Shown: in pieces, positions 36,064 through 46,341 of the stretch
How positions within the stretch are numbered: the first letter of the stretch is position 1
How the letters are laid out: every line of letters starts with the position of its first letter
Virus record (IMG/VR): IMGVR_UViG_3300037502_003029
Location: 1,052-65,051 of that record
DNA: 64,000 nt
Strand: one strand, 5' to 3'
Source of the DNA: a virus
Made by a program: the position numbers and the translations under genes
The notes under the pieces: model-generated
What the model was told of the DNA's origin: nothing
Database searches by the model: none
Seen by the model: the letters and a program-made list of their open reading frames with translations, nothing else

Positions 36064-37035
36064 TATTATGTTAATTTCTTATTATTATTATTATATTTAT
36101 AATTATTTTTTATGCATATTTGTATAAAAATATATAAACGAGAAAATAATATAATAGATAGATACAGCCGCTTATTAGAGCAATCTAATATGAAAAACTC
36201 CTTAAATTCGGTGGACGCTCCAGAACAGAGTAATACCGAGCCAAGCATTAATTTAAATGATTAATGAAGGTGTAACGACTAGAGAAATAATTAAAACAAT
36301 TTAAAATCACAAATTAGTGTATTATGCAAAATAGAGAAAAATCATTGTTAATTGCTATGTGCATCGGAGACGGTCACATAGTAAAAGATCCTAATTCCAA
36401 ATCATGTTCGCTTATAATAAGACATTCTACAAAACAAATAGAATGGATAGAAAAAAAACATGAATTGATAGTTTCTATATTAGGAGGGTATGTTCCTAAA
36501 TTAACTAAATTTAATAATTCAGGTTATCCTGGAATTAGATTTAGTAAAAGTTCAAAATACTTTAGGGTATTAAGAAAATGGATATATCCAAATAATAAAA
36601 AAAATATATCAAGATATATATTAAATAAACTTGATGAAGAAGGTATTGCTATATGGTATATGGATGACGGTGGATTGAGTGCTAAAAGAAGAAATGGGAA
36701 AATACATGCTTATAATCTGTTTTTGAATACTCATCTTACTATTGAAGAAAATCAAATAATAATCAATTATTTTAAAGAAGTTTGGGATATTAATTTTCAG
36801 CAAGTAAAAAATAAAGGTCATTATAGATTAAGAATGGGTACTAAAGAAATTAGAAAATTTATACCATTAATTTCAAAATACATCATTCCTTCTATGCAAT
36901 ATAAGATAACAATGAATTTTAATTGAAATTATTTTTCCACGAAAAAGGAGCATCCTACAGGGATGAAGATATAGTCTGGACTGCATATATAGTTCATAAA
37001 TAAAAATGCAGAACTACAAGATAAAGAGCTTGTAG
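36064..37035 (+). other. Intervening sequence in the DNA polymerase gene (candidate group I intron carrying a homing-endonuclease ORF); the 3' boundary lies somewhere in 37036..37113
   Basis: The polymerase frame stops immediately after motif B. A LAGLIDADG ORF sits in another frame, and the polymerase reading frame reopens at 37036. Confidence 0.45.
36324..36926 (+). CDS. LAGLIDADG-family homing endonuclease
   Basis: Two LAGLIDADG-like motifs, LIAMCIGDGHI and IAIWYMDDGGL. Confidence 0.55.
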   Translation: MQNREKSLLIAMCIGDGHIVKDPNSKSCSLIIRHSTKQIEWIEKKHELIVSILGGYVPKLTKFNNSGYPGIRFSKSSKYFRVLRKWIYPNNKKNISRYILNKLDEEGIAIWYMDDGGLSAKRRNGKIHAYNLFLNTHLTIEENQIIINYFKEVWDINFQQVKNKGHYRLRMGTKEIRKFIPLISKYIIPSMQYKITMNFN

Positions 37036-37113
37036 GATAACAAATCGTTAAGTAATTCTGAATACTCTGCATTATTTGATACTAAAGCTACTCTTAAAAC
37101 TACTATAAACGGT

Positions 37114-37869
37114 ATGCTTAGTATTAGTATGATAGCTGATAAAATATATGATATTCCTAAAGCTAGAATATTAATGAAAAATACAGATGGTTTAGAAGTA
37201 TATCATTTAAGAACTGATAAAGATCTTGTTGAAAAAATACTAAATGAAATATCTGAATTGATTAATATACCTATTGAAATAGGTTATTATAGTAAAATGA
37301 TTATATTAAATGTTAACAACTATATAGCTGTAGATGTTAATAAAAAAGTAAAAACAAAAGGTCTTTTTGAAGATTATAATGATATAATAATCGCTGGTAT
37401 GTATCATAAAGATACTTCAGCTATGATAATTCCTAAAGCATTAAAAGCTTTTTTTGTTAATGATATTCCAGTAGAACAAACTATTAATGAAGAAAATTCT
37501 ATTTATGAGTTTTGTTATGGTAATAAAGGTAGTAGTTCATATAAATGGATGTTAACAGAATACGATCCTGAATTAAAAGTAGCAACTTCAGAATTATTTG
37601 ATTCTAGGTTTATACGATATTATGCAGGAGGATATCAAACTATATCACAACTTTGGACAAATGGTAAAAAAGCAGGTCAAATACAAGCAGTACAAGCTAA
37701 AACGCCTGTTACTTTAGCTATGAATATTCCAAAAGAAGATATTTTTGATTATAAAAAAGGAGAGCGTATATATAAAGAAAAAGAACGCTATCCTAATTTA
37801 AATAGGGAATGGTATATTTCAGAATGTTATAAAATTATTAACCAAATTTTAAATAATGAAAAAGTTTAG
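37114..37869 (+). CDS. Family-B DNA polymerase, exon 2 (C-terminal palm/thumb; the frame is open upstream to 37036)
   Basis: Follows the interrupted polymerase gene; KNTDGLEVY is a possible variant of motif C (YGDTDS). Confidence 0.4.
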   Translation: MLSISMIADKIYDIPKARILMKNTDGLEVYHLRTDKDLVEKILNEISELINIPIEIGYYSKMIILNVNNYIAVDVNKKVKTKGLFEDYNDIIIAGMYHKDTSAMIIPKALKAFFVNDIPVEQTINEENSIYEFCYGNKGSSSYKWMLTEYDPELKVATSELFDSRFIRYYAGGYQTISQLWTNGKKAGQIQAVQAKTPVTLAMNIPKEDIFDYKKGERIYKEKERYPNLNREWYISECYKIINQILNNEKV

Positions 37870-38200
37870 TTTACTTTTATTTTTGTTGTTTTCTTTGAGT
37901 TTATCAGCTCAAGAAAACTTTATTACTACATCTGTAGCAGCTAAGCAAGGTATTTTTACAAGTGCTAAACAGTACAATGTAGTTAGTTTTATAAATATTT
38001 ATGATAACTCAATATATCATATTGTTGATAACAAAACATATGTTTATTTAATTAATAATAGACAAATTACGCATGATTATATTATTTATACTTGCTATAG
38101 AGATGGTAAAAATTGGCAAATAAAAAAATCTAATAATCAAATAAGTTTTAAAAATGTATTTTCTAATGATGAAGTAATTTTTTATTATGAAACATATTGA
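37856..38200 (+). CDS. Hypothetical secreted protein
   Basis: Signal peptide MKKFSLLLFLLFSLSLSAQ. Confidence 0.4.
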   Translation: MKKFSLLLFLLFSLSLSAQENFITTSVAAKQGIFTSAKQYNVVSFINIYDNSIYHIVDNKTYVYLINNRQITHDYIIYTCYRDGKNWQIKKSNNQISFKNVFSNDEVIFYYETY

Positions 38201-38498
38201 TGGTCGAATATTTTTATGGGGACCAATCATACTTTATATTATATATTATATAGTTTCATTAATAACAAATCATTTAGATGGTTTAGTCGGAGAAGAAAGA
38301 GATATTTTTATACAAGACGTTGTAGTAGTTAGTTGTTTAATTTTAATAGCGTGGTCAGTATTTTCTGTATGTATGCATGTATTTTATGATAATCAGATGT
38401 ATATAATTTATAGTCCTTCAGTTATATTTATTCTTTTATGGATATTTATAGAAAAATTAAACAAATTTTTTAAAAAACATTTTACAATAAAGTTATGA
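38187..38498 (+). CDS. Small membrane protein, paralog 1 of 6 (C-terminal KKHFTIKL)
   Basis: Shared N-terminal hydrophobic pattern and C-terminal motif; ATGA overlap with the next gene. Confidence 0.45.
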   Translation: MKHIDGRIFLWGPIILYIIYYIVSLITNHLDGLVGEERDIFIQDVVVVSCLILIAWSVFSVCMHVFYDNQMYIIYSPSVIFILLWIFIEKLNKFFKKHFTIKL

Positions 38499-38818
38499 AA
38501 GGTAGAATTTTTTTTCAATTAATATTAGTAAATATAATATTATACTATTTATATATTTATATACCTATATTATGGAAATCTGAAGTGTTTAAAGCAGTTG
38601 TTTTTATATTGGGTATAATTTATATTGTATTGTCTATTGTAGTATTTTTTTCATTAATACAAAACATATTAGATGATGGTTGGAAAAACACAATTAATAC
38701 AATGTATTTAGATTACTCTTCTTATGATTATATTATGCACTGGTTATTTTGCCCTTTACCAATACTATATGAATTAATAGCTGAATTTTTTGACAAACAT
38801 TTTACAATTAAATCATGA
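38495..38818 (+). CDS. Small membrane protein, paralog 2 of 6 (C-terminal DKHFTIKS)
   Basis: As above. Confidence 0.45.
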   Translation: MKGRIFFQLILVNIILYYLYIYIPILWKSEVFKAVVFILGIIYIVLSIVVFFSLIQNILDDGWKNTINTMYLDYSSYDYIMHWLFCPLPILYELIAEFFDKHFTIKS

Positions 38819-39108
38819 AAATACCAGGTTTGACATTTATAATTGTTCCTATAATTATCTATTTAATATACTTATATTTTCCTGATATTGTTTGTTTTTT
38901 TTCAGAAGCTGACGGTGAAAGTATTCTTAAATTTATATTGTTTTTTACTTTTTTTAATGCAATATTAATAATAATACTTGGAATAAGTGGTGTAGAAAAT
39001 TCAGATCCTGAAATATTGTTTGATAAATATCTATATGTATGGGTAATTAGTAAAATAATGTTTAAAATTCTAATATATATTAATGAAAAATTAACAATTA
39101 AATTATGA
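38815..39108 (+). CDS. Small membrane protein, paralog 3 of 6 (C-terminal EKLTIKL)
   Basis: As above. Confidence 0.45.
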   Translation: MKIPGLTFIIVPIIIYLIYLYFPDIVCFFSEADGESILKFILFFTFFNAILIIILGISGVENSDPEILFDKYLYVWVISKIMFKILIYINEKLTIKL

Positions 39109-39449
39109 TACGAGGATATTGGTTTTTATATGGTCCTGTTATAATAAGTATTTTATATTATTTAATAAGTTTAATAGATTTTTCTTTAATAATCGAAAAT
39201 TGGAAACAATTAGATGAACATGGTAAAATGGATTTTATTTATTTACTTATATTGATATGTTTTACATGGATACTAATATTTTCTCCACCTATTTGCTCAT
39301 ATGGAAGCGAAGATTGGTATAAATTTACTATCTTACAAAAGATGCTTATGATTATAAATCCACTTTTTATAATTTCAAATTTATTAGATTTAATATTAAA
39401 TATTCATAAATTTTTAGACAAATATTTAACAATAAAATTAAAAAAATGA
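39105..39449 (+). CDS. Small membrane protein, paralog 4 of 6 (C-terminal DKYLTIKLKK)
   Basis: As above. Confidence 0.45.
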   Translation: MIRGYWFLYGPVIISILYYLISLIDFSLIIENWKQLDEHGKMDFIYLLILICFTWILIFSPPICSYGSEDWYKFTILQKMLMIINPLFIISNLLDLILNIHKFLDKYLTIKLKK

Positions 39450-39693
39450 AGCTAAGTCTATGTACTTATCAAACGCTTAGACAAATAATTGGATTTGGAT
39501 TATTAGGTTTATTTAACTATATGTTAATACCTAGTAATCCATCTTCATTACAGGTATTTTTACTATTTTTGCAAATAGTATAGGATTATTTTCTGTTCTT
39601 AAATTTGCTAGTGAAGGTTCTTTAAAACATATTGAGTTTGATTTTAGAACTGAAGAAGAAAAAATAACAGATGATATTAAACATAAACATGAA

Positions 39694-39939
39694 ATGATAG
39701 AAGCAGGTATGAATAACTTAATAATGAAAGCAGTACATGGAGAGATAAGTCAAGCTAAATTAAAAGATAGTTTGCAGTCTCTAGAAGAAATAAAACTTTT
39801 TATAGATTCTCAAGCTAAAACTAGATTACTTGCTGCACCAAAAGAAGAAGAAGATGATGATTCTTTTTTAATTATGCCTACAAAAAAAGAAGAATTGACT
39901 GAAGAACAAGTATTTCAAATTTTAAATCAAAAAATATGA
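39694..39939 (+). CDS. Hypothetical acidic protein
   Basis: ORF track. Confidence 0.35.
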   Translation: MIEAGMNNLIMKAVHGEISQAKLKDSLQSLEEIKLFIDSQAKTRLLAAPKEEEDDDSFLIMPTKKEELTEEQVFQILNQKI

Positions 39940-40253
39940 GAATTCCAGGTTATTGGTTTTTATATTATCCTATATATTTATTTTGTGTATATTTAATTGT
40001 TAGTAATTTTCCTACTTGGTCAGAAAATAATCAAGTAATTTTTTTAATAATTTATTTTATTATTGATATTTTATGGCTTATATATATAACTCCTGCATAC
40101 GAAGAGGATCCACTCTTTAAGTTATATAAAAGTCCAAAAGCATATATTTCTATATCAGCAATATGTATAATTATATTAGACAGATTAACAGCTATGTTTA
40201 AATATATTCATAATTTTTTAGAAGAGCATTTAACCATTAATGATGAAAGGTAG
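39936..40253 (+). CDS. Small membrane protein, paralog 5 of 6 (C-terminal EEHLTINDER)
   Basis: As above. Confidence 0.45.
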   Translation: MRIPGYWFLYYPIYLFCVYLIVSNFPTWSENNQVIFLIIYFIIDILWLIYITPAYEEDPLFKLYKSPKAYISISAICIIILDRLTAMFKYIHNFLEEHLTINDER

Positions 40254-40653
40254 ATATTTTGTATTACTTCCTATATTTATATTTTTAGGATGGTATCTTT
40301 TTACTTTAAACATAGGATATTTTATAGCATATATGATTCTTTTATACATTGCATCTTGTTTAAATATGCATTATTATCTTGCAGATATATATAAATATAG
40401 ATATAGACCTATAGGACCTAGAGGTGAAGAAAAGCATGAATTATATAATCTTTATTTACATGATGGTTGGAGTAACGGTGATTATTCTGTATGGTGGGAT
40501 ATTGAAAAAGTTATAAAACATACAAAAGATCTTAGTTTTATATATTCTATATCACCAGTATTTTTAATTATTACACCGTGGATTGTAGTAGACTACGTAA
40601 TAAAATATACAAATAAAGCTTTAATTTGGTTAGATAACAATCTAAAAATATGA
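40240..40653 (+). CDS. Small membrane protein, paralog 6 of 6 (divergent, 137 aa)
   Basis: N-terminal MMKGRYFVLLPIFIFLGWYLFTL matches the family pattern. Confidence 0.4.
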   Translation: MMKGRYFVLLPIFIFLGWYLFTLNIGYFIAYMILLYIASCLNMHYYLADIYKYRYRPIGPRGEEKHELYNLYLHDGWSNGDYSVWWDIEKVIKHTKDLSFIYSISPVFLIITPWIVVDYVIKYTNKALIWLDNNLKI

Positions 40654-41078
40654 AATATTTAATTATTTTTATATTAAATTTTTATTCAGTAGAAATTATT
40701 AATAGTTCGTTAATTAATAGAAATCTTTATGATTATATCTCTAATGATGATTTATTAATAGCTTCTACTATACAATCAGAATGTAATTATTGTTCTGATT
40801 ATGAAAAAGATTTAATCATTTCTTCAATTTTAAATCGTTGCGATAATGAGAATTATCCTATTTCTATTACAAGTGTTCTTTCAGCATACTCTACTAAAAA
40901 TAGTGAGAAGATTTCTGAAAATAATATCAAAAAAGTAATATATTTTAACAATCGAAATTACGATGTATTTTATTTTTTTAATGCTAAAAAAAGTACAGAT
41001 AAATCATTTATTAGAAAAATTCGTAAAGTTACAAACTTAATTTACAAATCCAAATACCATGAGTATAGAGGAAATTAA
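40650..41078 (+). CDS. Hypothetical secreted protein
   Basis: ORF track; hydrophobic N-terminus. Confidence 0.35.
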   Translation: MKYLIIFILNFYSVEIINSSLINRNLYDYISNDDLLIASTIQSECNYCSDYEKDLIISSILNRCDNENYPISITSVLSAYSTKNSEKISENNIKKVIYFNNRNYDVFYFFNAKKSTDKSFIRKIRKVTNLIYKSKYHEYRGN

Positions 41079-41394
41079 AAAAAAATTAATACAATATTTT
41101 GTAGAAGATGCTATAAATAAACGTCATTTAGAAATATTAGATGAAGGATCTGCTACTGCTAATATAAGAGGTTATTATACCGGAGTATCTATTCCATATA
41201 TAAAAAAATTTGTTTTAGAAAATGAAAAAATTTCTAATGAAAAATTATTTTTTGTATTAGGTCAACTTCATATTGAAAAACAAATTGGTATTTTGTTTTG
41301 TGGAGATATACGGAAAACTGTAATAGAAAATTATACGTTAAGAGCAAATCCTATAAACGGAATATTTGCTAATCAAGCATTAAATCAAATATGA
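41059..41394 (+). CDS. Hypothetical protein
   Basis: ORF track. Confidence 0.35.
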   Translation: MSIEEIKKKLIQYFVEDAINKRHLEILDEGSATANIRGYYTGVSIPYIKKFVLENEKISNEKLFFVLGQLHIEKQIGILFCGDIRKTVIENYTLRANPINGIFANQALNQI

Positions 41395-42452
41395 GACCTT
41401 TAACTCAAGCACAATTAGATTGTCAACAAAAATTAGATTTAGTAAAAAATCCATTAATTATAAAATCAATAAGAAGTGGTAAAACTCTTTGTATATTGGA
41501 TTATATTGAATCTCGTAAAATATCTCAAGTGCTATGGATAGTGCCATATACTACTAATATAATAGGTGTTTATGAAGAAATAGATAAATGGGATATACAA
41601 GGTATAAATGTTAAAGCTATTTGTTATCAAAGTTTAAAAAATTATATTGATAAAGAGTTTGATTTGATTGTTTTAGATGAGATACATAAAATTACCGAAA
41701 CGTATTACGATTATATTTCTAATATAAAACATAATCGGATTATAGGTATGACAGGTACTTATCCTAAAAAATTTAACAAACGTCATATAATTGAAAACTT
41801 ATTGCGTTTGCAGTGTGTTTATACTTATACAGTAAAAGACGCAGTAAAAGATCAAAACGTAGCGCCTTATAATATTATTATTATAAAAAAAAATTTATCA
41901 CAAGAAAAAAATATATTAGTAAAGTATATAGATAAAAAAACAAATCAACCTAAAAGTTTCTATGCTTCTGAACAATCTACTTATAATAACTTATCTAATA
42001 GAATAGAATTAAGTAGTGGTAAAAGACAAATGATGCTTCGTTTGGAAAGAATGCGATTTGTAAATACTTTAGATTCTACAATCGAATACATAAAAGAATA
42101 TATACAAAGAAACAAATCAAAAAGATTTCTTGTATTTGTAGCTACTAAAGATATGGCTGAAAGATGTTCAGAGTATTGTTACTATGGTGGTAAAACAGAT
42201 AAATACTTTAAACTTTTTCAAGAAGGTAAAATTAACCACTTAATACTTGTTGAAAAAGCAACTGTTGGCGTTACTTATGAAAATTTAGATCAAGTTTTAT
42301 TAACTAACATTAATAGTAGTAACGCCTCTGTTCAACAAAAAATATTTAGAGCTATATTATTTAGACCTGATTATGAAGCACAAATAGATATTTTGATTAA
42401 TAATAACACAGAACAAGAAAAATGGATACAATATAGTATTTCAGATATTTAA
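41391..42452 (+). CDS. SF2 (DEAD/DEAH-box) helicase
   Basis: Walker A RSGKTL, motif II VLDEIHK (DEIH), motif III-like GMTGT. Confidence 0.55.
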   Translation: MRPLTQAQLDCQQKLDLVKNPLIIKSIRSGKTLCILDYIESRKISQVLWIVPYTTNIIGVYEEIDKWDIQGINVKAICYQSLKNYIDKEFDLIVLDEIHKITETYYDYISNIKHNRIIGMTGTYPKKFNKRHIIENLLRLQCVYTYTVKDAVKDQNVAPYNIIIIKKNLSQEKNILVKYIDKKTNQPKSFYASEQSTYNNLSNRIELSSGKRQMMLRLERMRFVNTLDSTIEYIKEYIQRNKSKRFLVFVATKDMAERCSEYCYYGGKTDKYFKLFQEGKINHLILVEKATVGVTYENLDQVLLTNINSSNASVQQKIFRAILFRPDYEAQIDILINNNTEQEKWIQYSISDI

Positions 42453-42462
42453 AACAATAAAT

Positions 42463-42705
42463 ATGAACGTAAAAACATTAAATGTAAAACGATATGAGCC
42501 TGTAAAAGGTATGGATATTTTTAGCGATTTTGCAATAACAAATAAAAATATAAACAAATATGAAATAATTAACGGAGTATACCTAAGAAAAAATAGATTA
42601 TCAACAGTAATAACTGTAGATAGTTATGGAAATATTTTAAATATCGAAGGTGAAAATAAAAAACAATATAAAATAGGAGATAATATATATGAAGAACGAA
42701 ACTAA
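42463..42705 (+). CDS. Hypothetical protein
   Basis: ORF track. Confidence 0.35.
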   Translation: MNVKTLNVKRYEPVKGMDIFSDFAITNKNINKYEIINGVYLRKNRLSTVITVDSYGNILNIEGENKKQYKIGDNIYEERN

Positions 42706-43174
42706 ATTGAAATTAATAAGTTTAATAGAACCCCAGGTAATAGCTAGCTTAATAGCAAGAGGTTATGTTGAGCAAATCAATAAAGACCTTACTTGGGATT
42801 CTATAATAATAACTGATTATACTGAAGCGCTTTTATCAAAAATGGAAGATTCTTCTACAGAGTTTTTAAAACAATATAGAGAACTATTTCCTATACAATG
42901 GAGAGATCCGGTACATGTTTTAGAAAAGCGATATAAATCATGGAGAAAAAAAACACAATATGATATATCAGAAGATGAAATATTATTTTTAACTAATGAT
43001 TATATAAATAATACAGATTCTCGATTTATTGGAACTTCAGCTTATTTTTTATTTAAATATGATAAAGGAATATATTTATCTAGATTAGAAAAAAAATATG
43101 AAGAATATTTAGAGTATATAAAACAAATACAACATAGCAGTGATGAAAGGATGATGAAACCTGATCGAAGCTAA
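42689..43174 (+). CDS. Hypothetical protein
   Basis: ORF track. Confidence 0.35.
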   Translation: MKNETKLKLISLIEPQVIASLIARGYVEQINKDLTWDSIIITDYTEALLSKMEDSSTEFLKQYRELFPIQWRDPVHVLEKRYKSWRKKTQYDISEDEILFLTNDYINNTDSRFIGTSAYFLFKYDKGIYLSRLEKKYEEYLEYIKQIQHSSDERMMKPDRS

Positions 43175-43209
43175 TTTTTATAAATATTTAAATAACGATT
43201 AATAGAAAT

Positions 43210-44163
43210 ATGAAACATATATCACAAGCTATAAAAGAGCACAAAGAATTTGTAGATAGAATACTACAAGAAGGTAGTGGATGGATGACTCCATATACTT
43301 ATCTTAATAATGAATTAATGCCTGGAATACCTTTTAACACTATTACAGCAATTGGTGGTCATTCAGGAGTAGGTAAAACTTCTTTTTTATTAAGCTTAAT
43401 ATTTAATGCTCCAATTTTAAATCCTAAAATGGAGTGCCATGTATTTAGTTTAGAAATGCCAGCTAGAGCTTTAATGGCTCGTAGACACAGTTTTGTATCT
43501 GGTAAACCTGTAAAAGAAATAATTACTGAAGAAGTTGATTTATCTTTATTTACAGATGTAGAAAATTTACCAATATATTTTTATGAACATGATATTCAAC
43601 TAGAAAGAATTTATTCTATAATAGATGAAGTTTGTAAAAAAAGTCCCGATAAAGATATACTAGTAGCTATAGACCATTCTTTATTAATAGATGCAGGAGA
43701 TAGAGATGATGATAATAAACGAGTTAAAAGAGTAGTAGATACTATGTTACATTTAAAAATGACTCATAAAAACTTTAATTGTATAATCATATCTCAATTA
43801 AATGACGCTATGATGAAGGATGAAAGATTAAAAAAGAAAGGAGAATTAATGTTTCCTCAATATACAGATATGATGAATGGTAGACAATTATATCAATTAT
43901 GCGATACTGTTATGATTTTAAATGAGCCTGCTAAGTATGTAGAAAGATCTACAGATCCTAAATTAGCAGGTGTAGAATATAACGGGTTTCCATTAACATA
44001 TATAGGACCAGGTGGTACTAGAGGAACATATATTTATCTACACACATTAAAAGGTAGAGATACCGGTACATCTATTTTAGCATATAAAAATAGATTGTAT
44101 AAAAATCATTTAGAAGAAATAGATATAAGTAAAATTAATAAAAACTTTAGCGTAGCAGTATGA
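43210..44163 (+). CDS. DnaB-family (RecA-fold) replicative helicase domain protein
   Basis: Walker A GGHSGVGKTSF; IIISQLN resembles the DnaB SQLNR motif. Confidence 0.5.
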   Translation: MKHISQAIKEHKEFVDRILQEGSGWMTPYTYLNNELMPGIPFNTITAIGGHSGVGKTSFLLSLIFNAPILNPKMECHVFSLEMPARALMARRHSFVSGKPVKEIITEEVDLSLFTDVENLPIYFYEHDIQLERIYSIIDEVCKKSPDKDILVAIDHSLLIDAGDRDDDNKRVKRVVDTMLHLKMTHKNFNCIIISQLNDAMMKDERLKKKGELMFPQYTDMMNGRQLYQLCDTVMILNEPAKYVERSTDPKLAGVEYNGFPLTYIGPGGTRGTYIYLHTLKGRDTGTSILAYKNRLYKNHLEEIDISKINKNFSVAV

Positions 44164-44645
44164 GACTAATAAATAGAGAAGAATTAGTAAAACTAGTTCA
44201 AAACAGATTGCATGATTCTAATATAACAAATGTAGGAATTTTTTTACTTAAAAAAGGTAGTAAAATTTCAGTATTTAAAGATATGTTGGAAAGAGCAGCA
44301 AATGGAAAACCTTTATATATTGTTATTCCATCTAAATCAGATAAAGATACTAATGGGAATTGGATGCATGATTTAGTTAATTTTAAAATATATAAAGCAG
44401 ATAAATCATATTTACAAAGGTATGATTTAGTAGATCCTTTTGCAAATTTAGGAAATAATGTAGAATTACCAATATCTAATGATATTTTAATCTATGATTC
44501 TTCACAAGGAGAAGTACAAGCTAAGACTGAATACAGCGAGCTTAATATGTATCAAAAAGTATGTTTAGAATTAAAATTACCAATGTCAGGATTAGATTGG
44601 TTAGATAATTTAATAAAAATTTATAACAACAAAAATAATAAGTAA
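44160..44645 (+). CDS. Hypothetical protein
   Basis: ORF track. Confidence 0.35.
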   Translation: MRLINREELVKLVQNRLHDSNITNVGIFLLKKGSKISVFKDMLERAANGKPLYIVIPSKSDKDTNGNWMHDLVNFKIYKADKSYLQRYDLVDPFANLGNNVELPISNDILIYDSSQGEVQAKTEYSELNMYQKVCLELKLPMSGLDWLDNLIKIYNNKNNK

Positions 44646-44647
44646 AA

Positions 44648-45160
44648 ATGGGATTACGTATCGCAGTAGTGGGAGAACCCACAAAAGGAAAAAGTACAGG
44701 TATTTACCCTAACAAAGATTACGGTATTAAAGGATTAGATCCTGCAGAAACTGTAATATTAACATTTAGTGGTAAACAACCGCCAGTAAGAGGAGCTAAC
44801 ACCATGTATCCTAAAGATAAAAAGATTTCTGAAGGAGGTAATTACATGTATGTACAAGATGTAAAATCATTACCAAAAATTATTTCTTTTATATCAGATA
44901 ATAGACCTGATATTAAAAATATAGTACTTGAGGACGCACAATATAGCATGAGTTTAGACTTTATGAATAGAGCTAAAGAAAAAGGGTATGATAAATTTAC
45001 AGATATTGGTGTAGCATTTGCAAATTGGATGACTGAAGCACAAAACTCAAGAGAAGATCTTAAAGTATTTGTAATCTGGCATCCAGAAAAAGATAGAGAT
45101 GGAGAGTTTAAAATGAAAACTGTAGGTAGTATGGTAGAATGTCTGCCATTATCTGCTTAA
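44648..45160 (+). CDS. P-loop NTPase domain protein
   Basis: Walker A GEPTKGKST. Confidence 0.4.
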   Translation: MGLRIAVVGEPTKGKSTGIYPNKDYGIKGLDPAETVILTFSGKQPPVRGANTMYPKDKKISEGGNYMYVQDVKSLPKIISFISDNRPDIKNIVLEDAQYSMSLDFMNRAKEKGYDKFTDIGVAFANWMTEAQNSREDLKVFVIWHPEKDRDGEFKMKTVGSMVECLPLSA

Positions 45161-45379
45161 TTGCTGGAAACCCCTAAAGATTTAACAACTACAAAGTAAT
45201 CTGTAAAGATAAGCTTGAATGTTAAAAAATAGTTAAATATGTATAATTATTAAACAATTAATTAAATAATTTGTTTAGTAATTATTAAATGGGCAATCAG
45301 CAGCGAAGATCCCTTATAGGGATAACGTTCAGAGACTATCTCCTTTGTAGGAGAGTACATTTAAAACTAATTACTTTAA

Positions 45380-46018
45380 ATGGAAACAGCAGATACTAAT
45401 AATTATTTTATTTATTGCTTAAAAGATCCTATTTCTTTAGAAATACGATATATAGGTTTTACTAGTAAAACTTTAAAATATAGATTATCAAAACATATTG
45501 ATAACGCAAAATATAATAAACACAATAAACATTTGTGTAATTGGATTTTGAAATATTTAAAGTTAGATTTAAAACCTATTATTGAACTAATAGAAATTTG
45601 TAATGAAGATAATTGGATAGAACGTGAAAAATATTGGATAAAATGTTATTCAAATCTATTAAATATTTCAGAAGGTGGAGATAAAAATATAATAAATCAC
45701 ACAGAAGAAACAAAACAATTATTAAGAATACAAAAATTAGGTAAAAAACCTAGTAAAGAAACTTTAGAAAAAAGAAGTAAATCTTTAAAAGGTAGAATTT
45801 TTTCAGAAGAGCATAAGAAAAAAATTTCTGAATCTAATAAAAAGAGATCTTTAGAAAAAAATAAAATAAAAGTTATTGATATAGTTAATAATATTGAAAC
45901 TATTTATTTAGGTAGACAGGCTGTAAAAGAAGCTTGTAATATAGGTTTAATGACTATATATAGAAATCTAAATAAAGATAAAATTATTAAAAATCAATAC
46001 AAATTAGTAAAGATATAG
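45380..46018 (+). CDS. GIY-YIG homing endonuclease with NUMOD-like C-terminal repeats
   Basis: YFIYCL...RYIGFTSKTLKYRLSKHI is a GIY-YIG module; repeated K.S..LKG / EEHKKKISESNKKR segments are NUMOD3-like. Confidence 0.65.
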   Translation: METADTNNYFIYCLKDPISLEIRYIGFTSKTLKYRLSKHIDNAKYNKHNKHLCNWILKYLKLDLKPIIELIEICNEDNWIEREKYWIKCYSNLLNISEGGDKNIINHTEETKQLLRIQKLGKKPSKETLEKRSKSLKGRIFSEEHKKKISESNKKRSLEKNKIKVIDIVNNIETIYLGRQAVKEACNIGLMTIYRNLNKDKIIKNQYKLVKI

Positions 46019-46341
46019 TCCAAACTATATAGAAATATATAGAGTATATACTGGGTTTAAGTAATTAATAAACTAATTAAACAGTATTTACAAAAAATGA
46101 GACAATTATTTAACTCCCGAAGGTTTAATGGATATTATTTTATACGCTACTTGTACAAAAGGAGCAAATGGAGTAATGGAATATCGTTTTGTAACTAATA
46201 ATGATGGTACGTTTCCAGCAAGAAGTCCAATAGGTATGTTTGAAGATATTACAATACCAAATGATTTTGGATATATTGTAGAAAAAATTGATGAATATTA
46301 TAATTAAAATTAATTAATAAGAAATAGTAAATAAATAAAGT

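Noticed and set aside
36066-36248. Minus-strand 60-aa ORF
   Set aside because: It lies inside the putative intron upstream of the LAGLIDADG ORF, is AT-rich low-complexity, and has no coupling signal.
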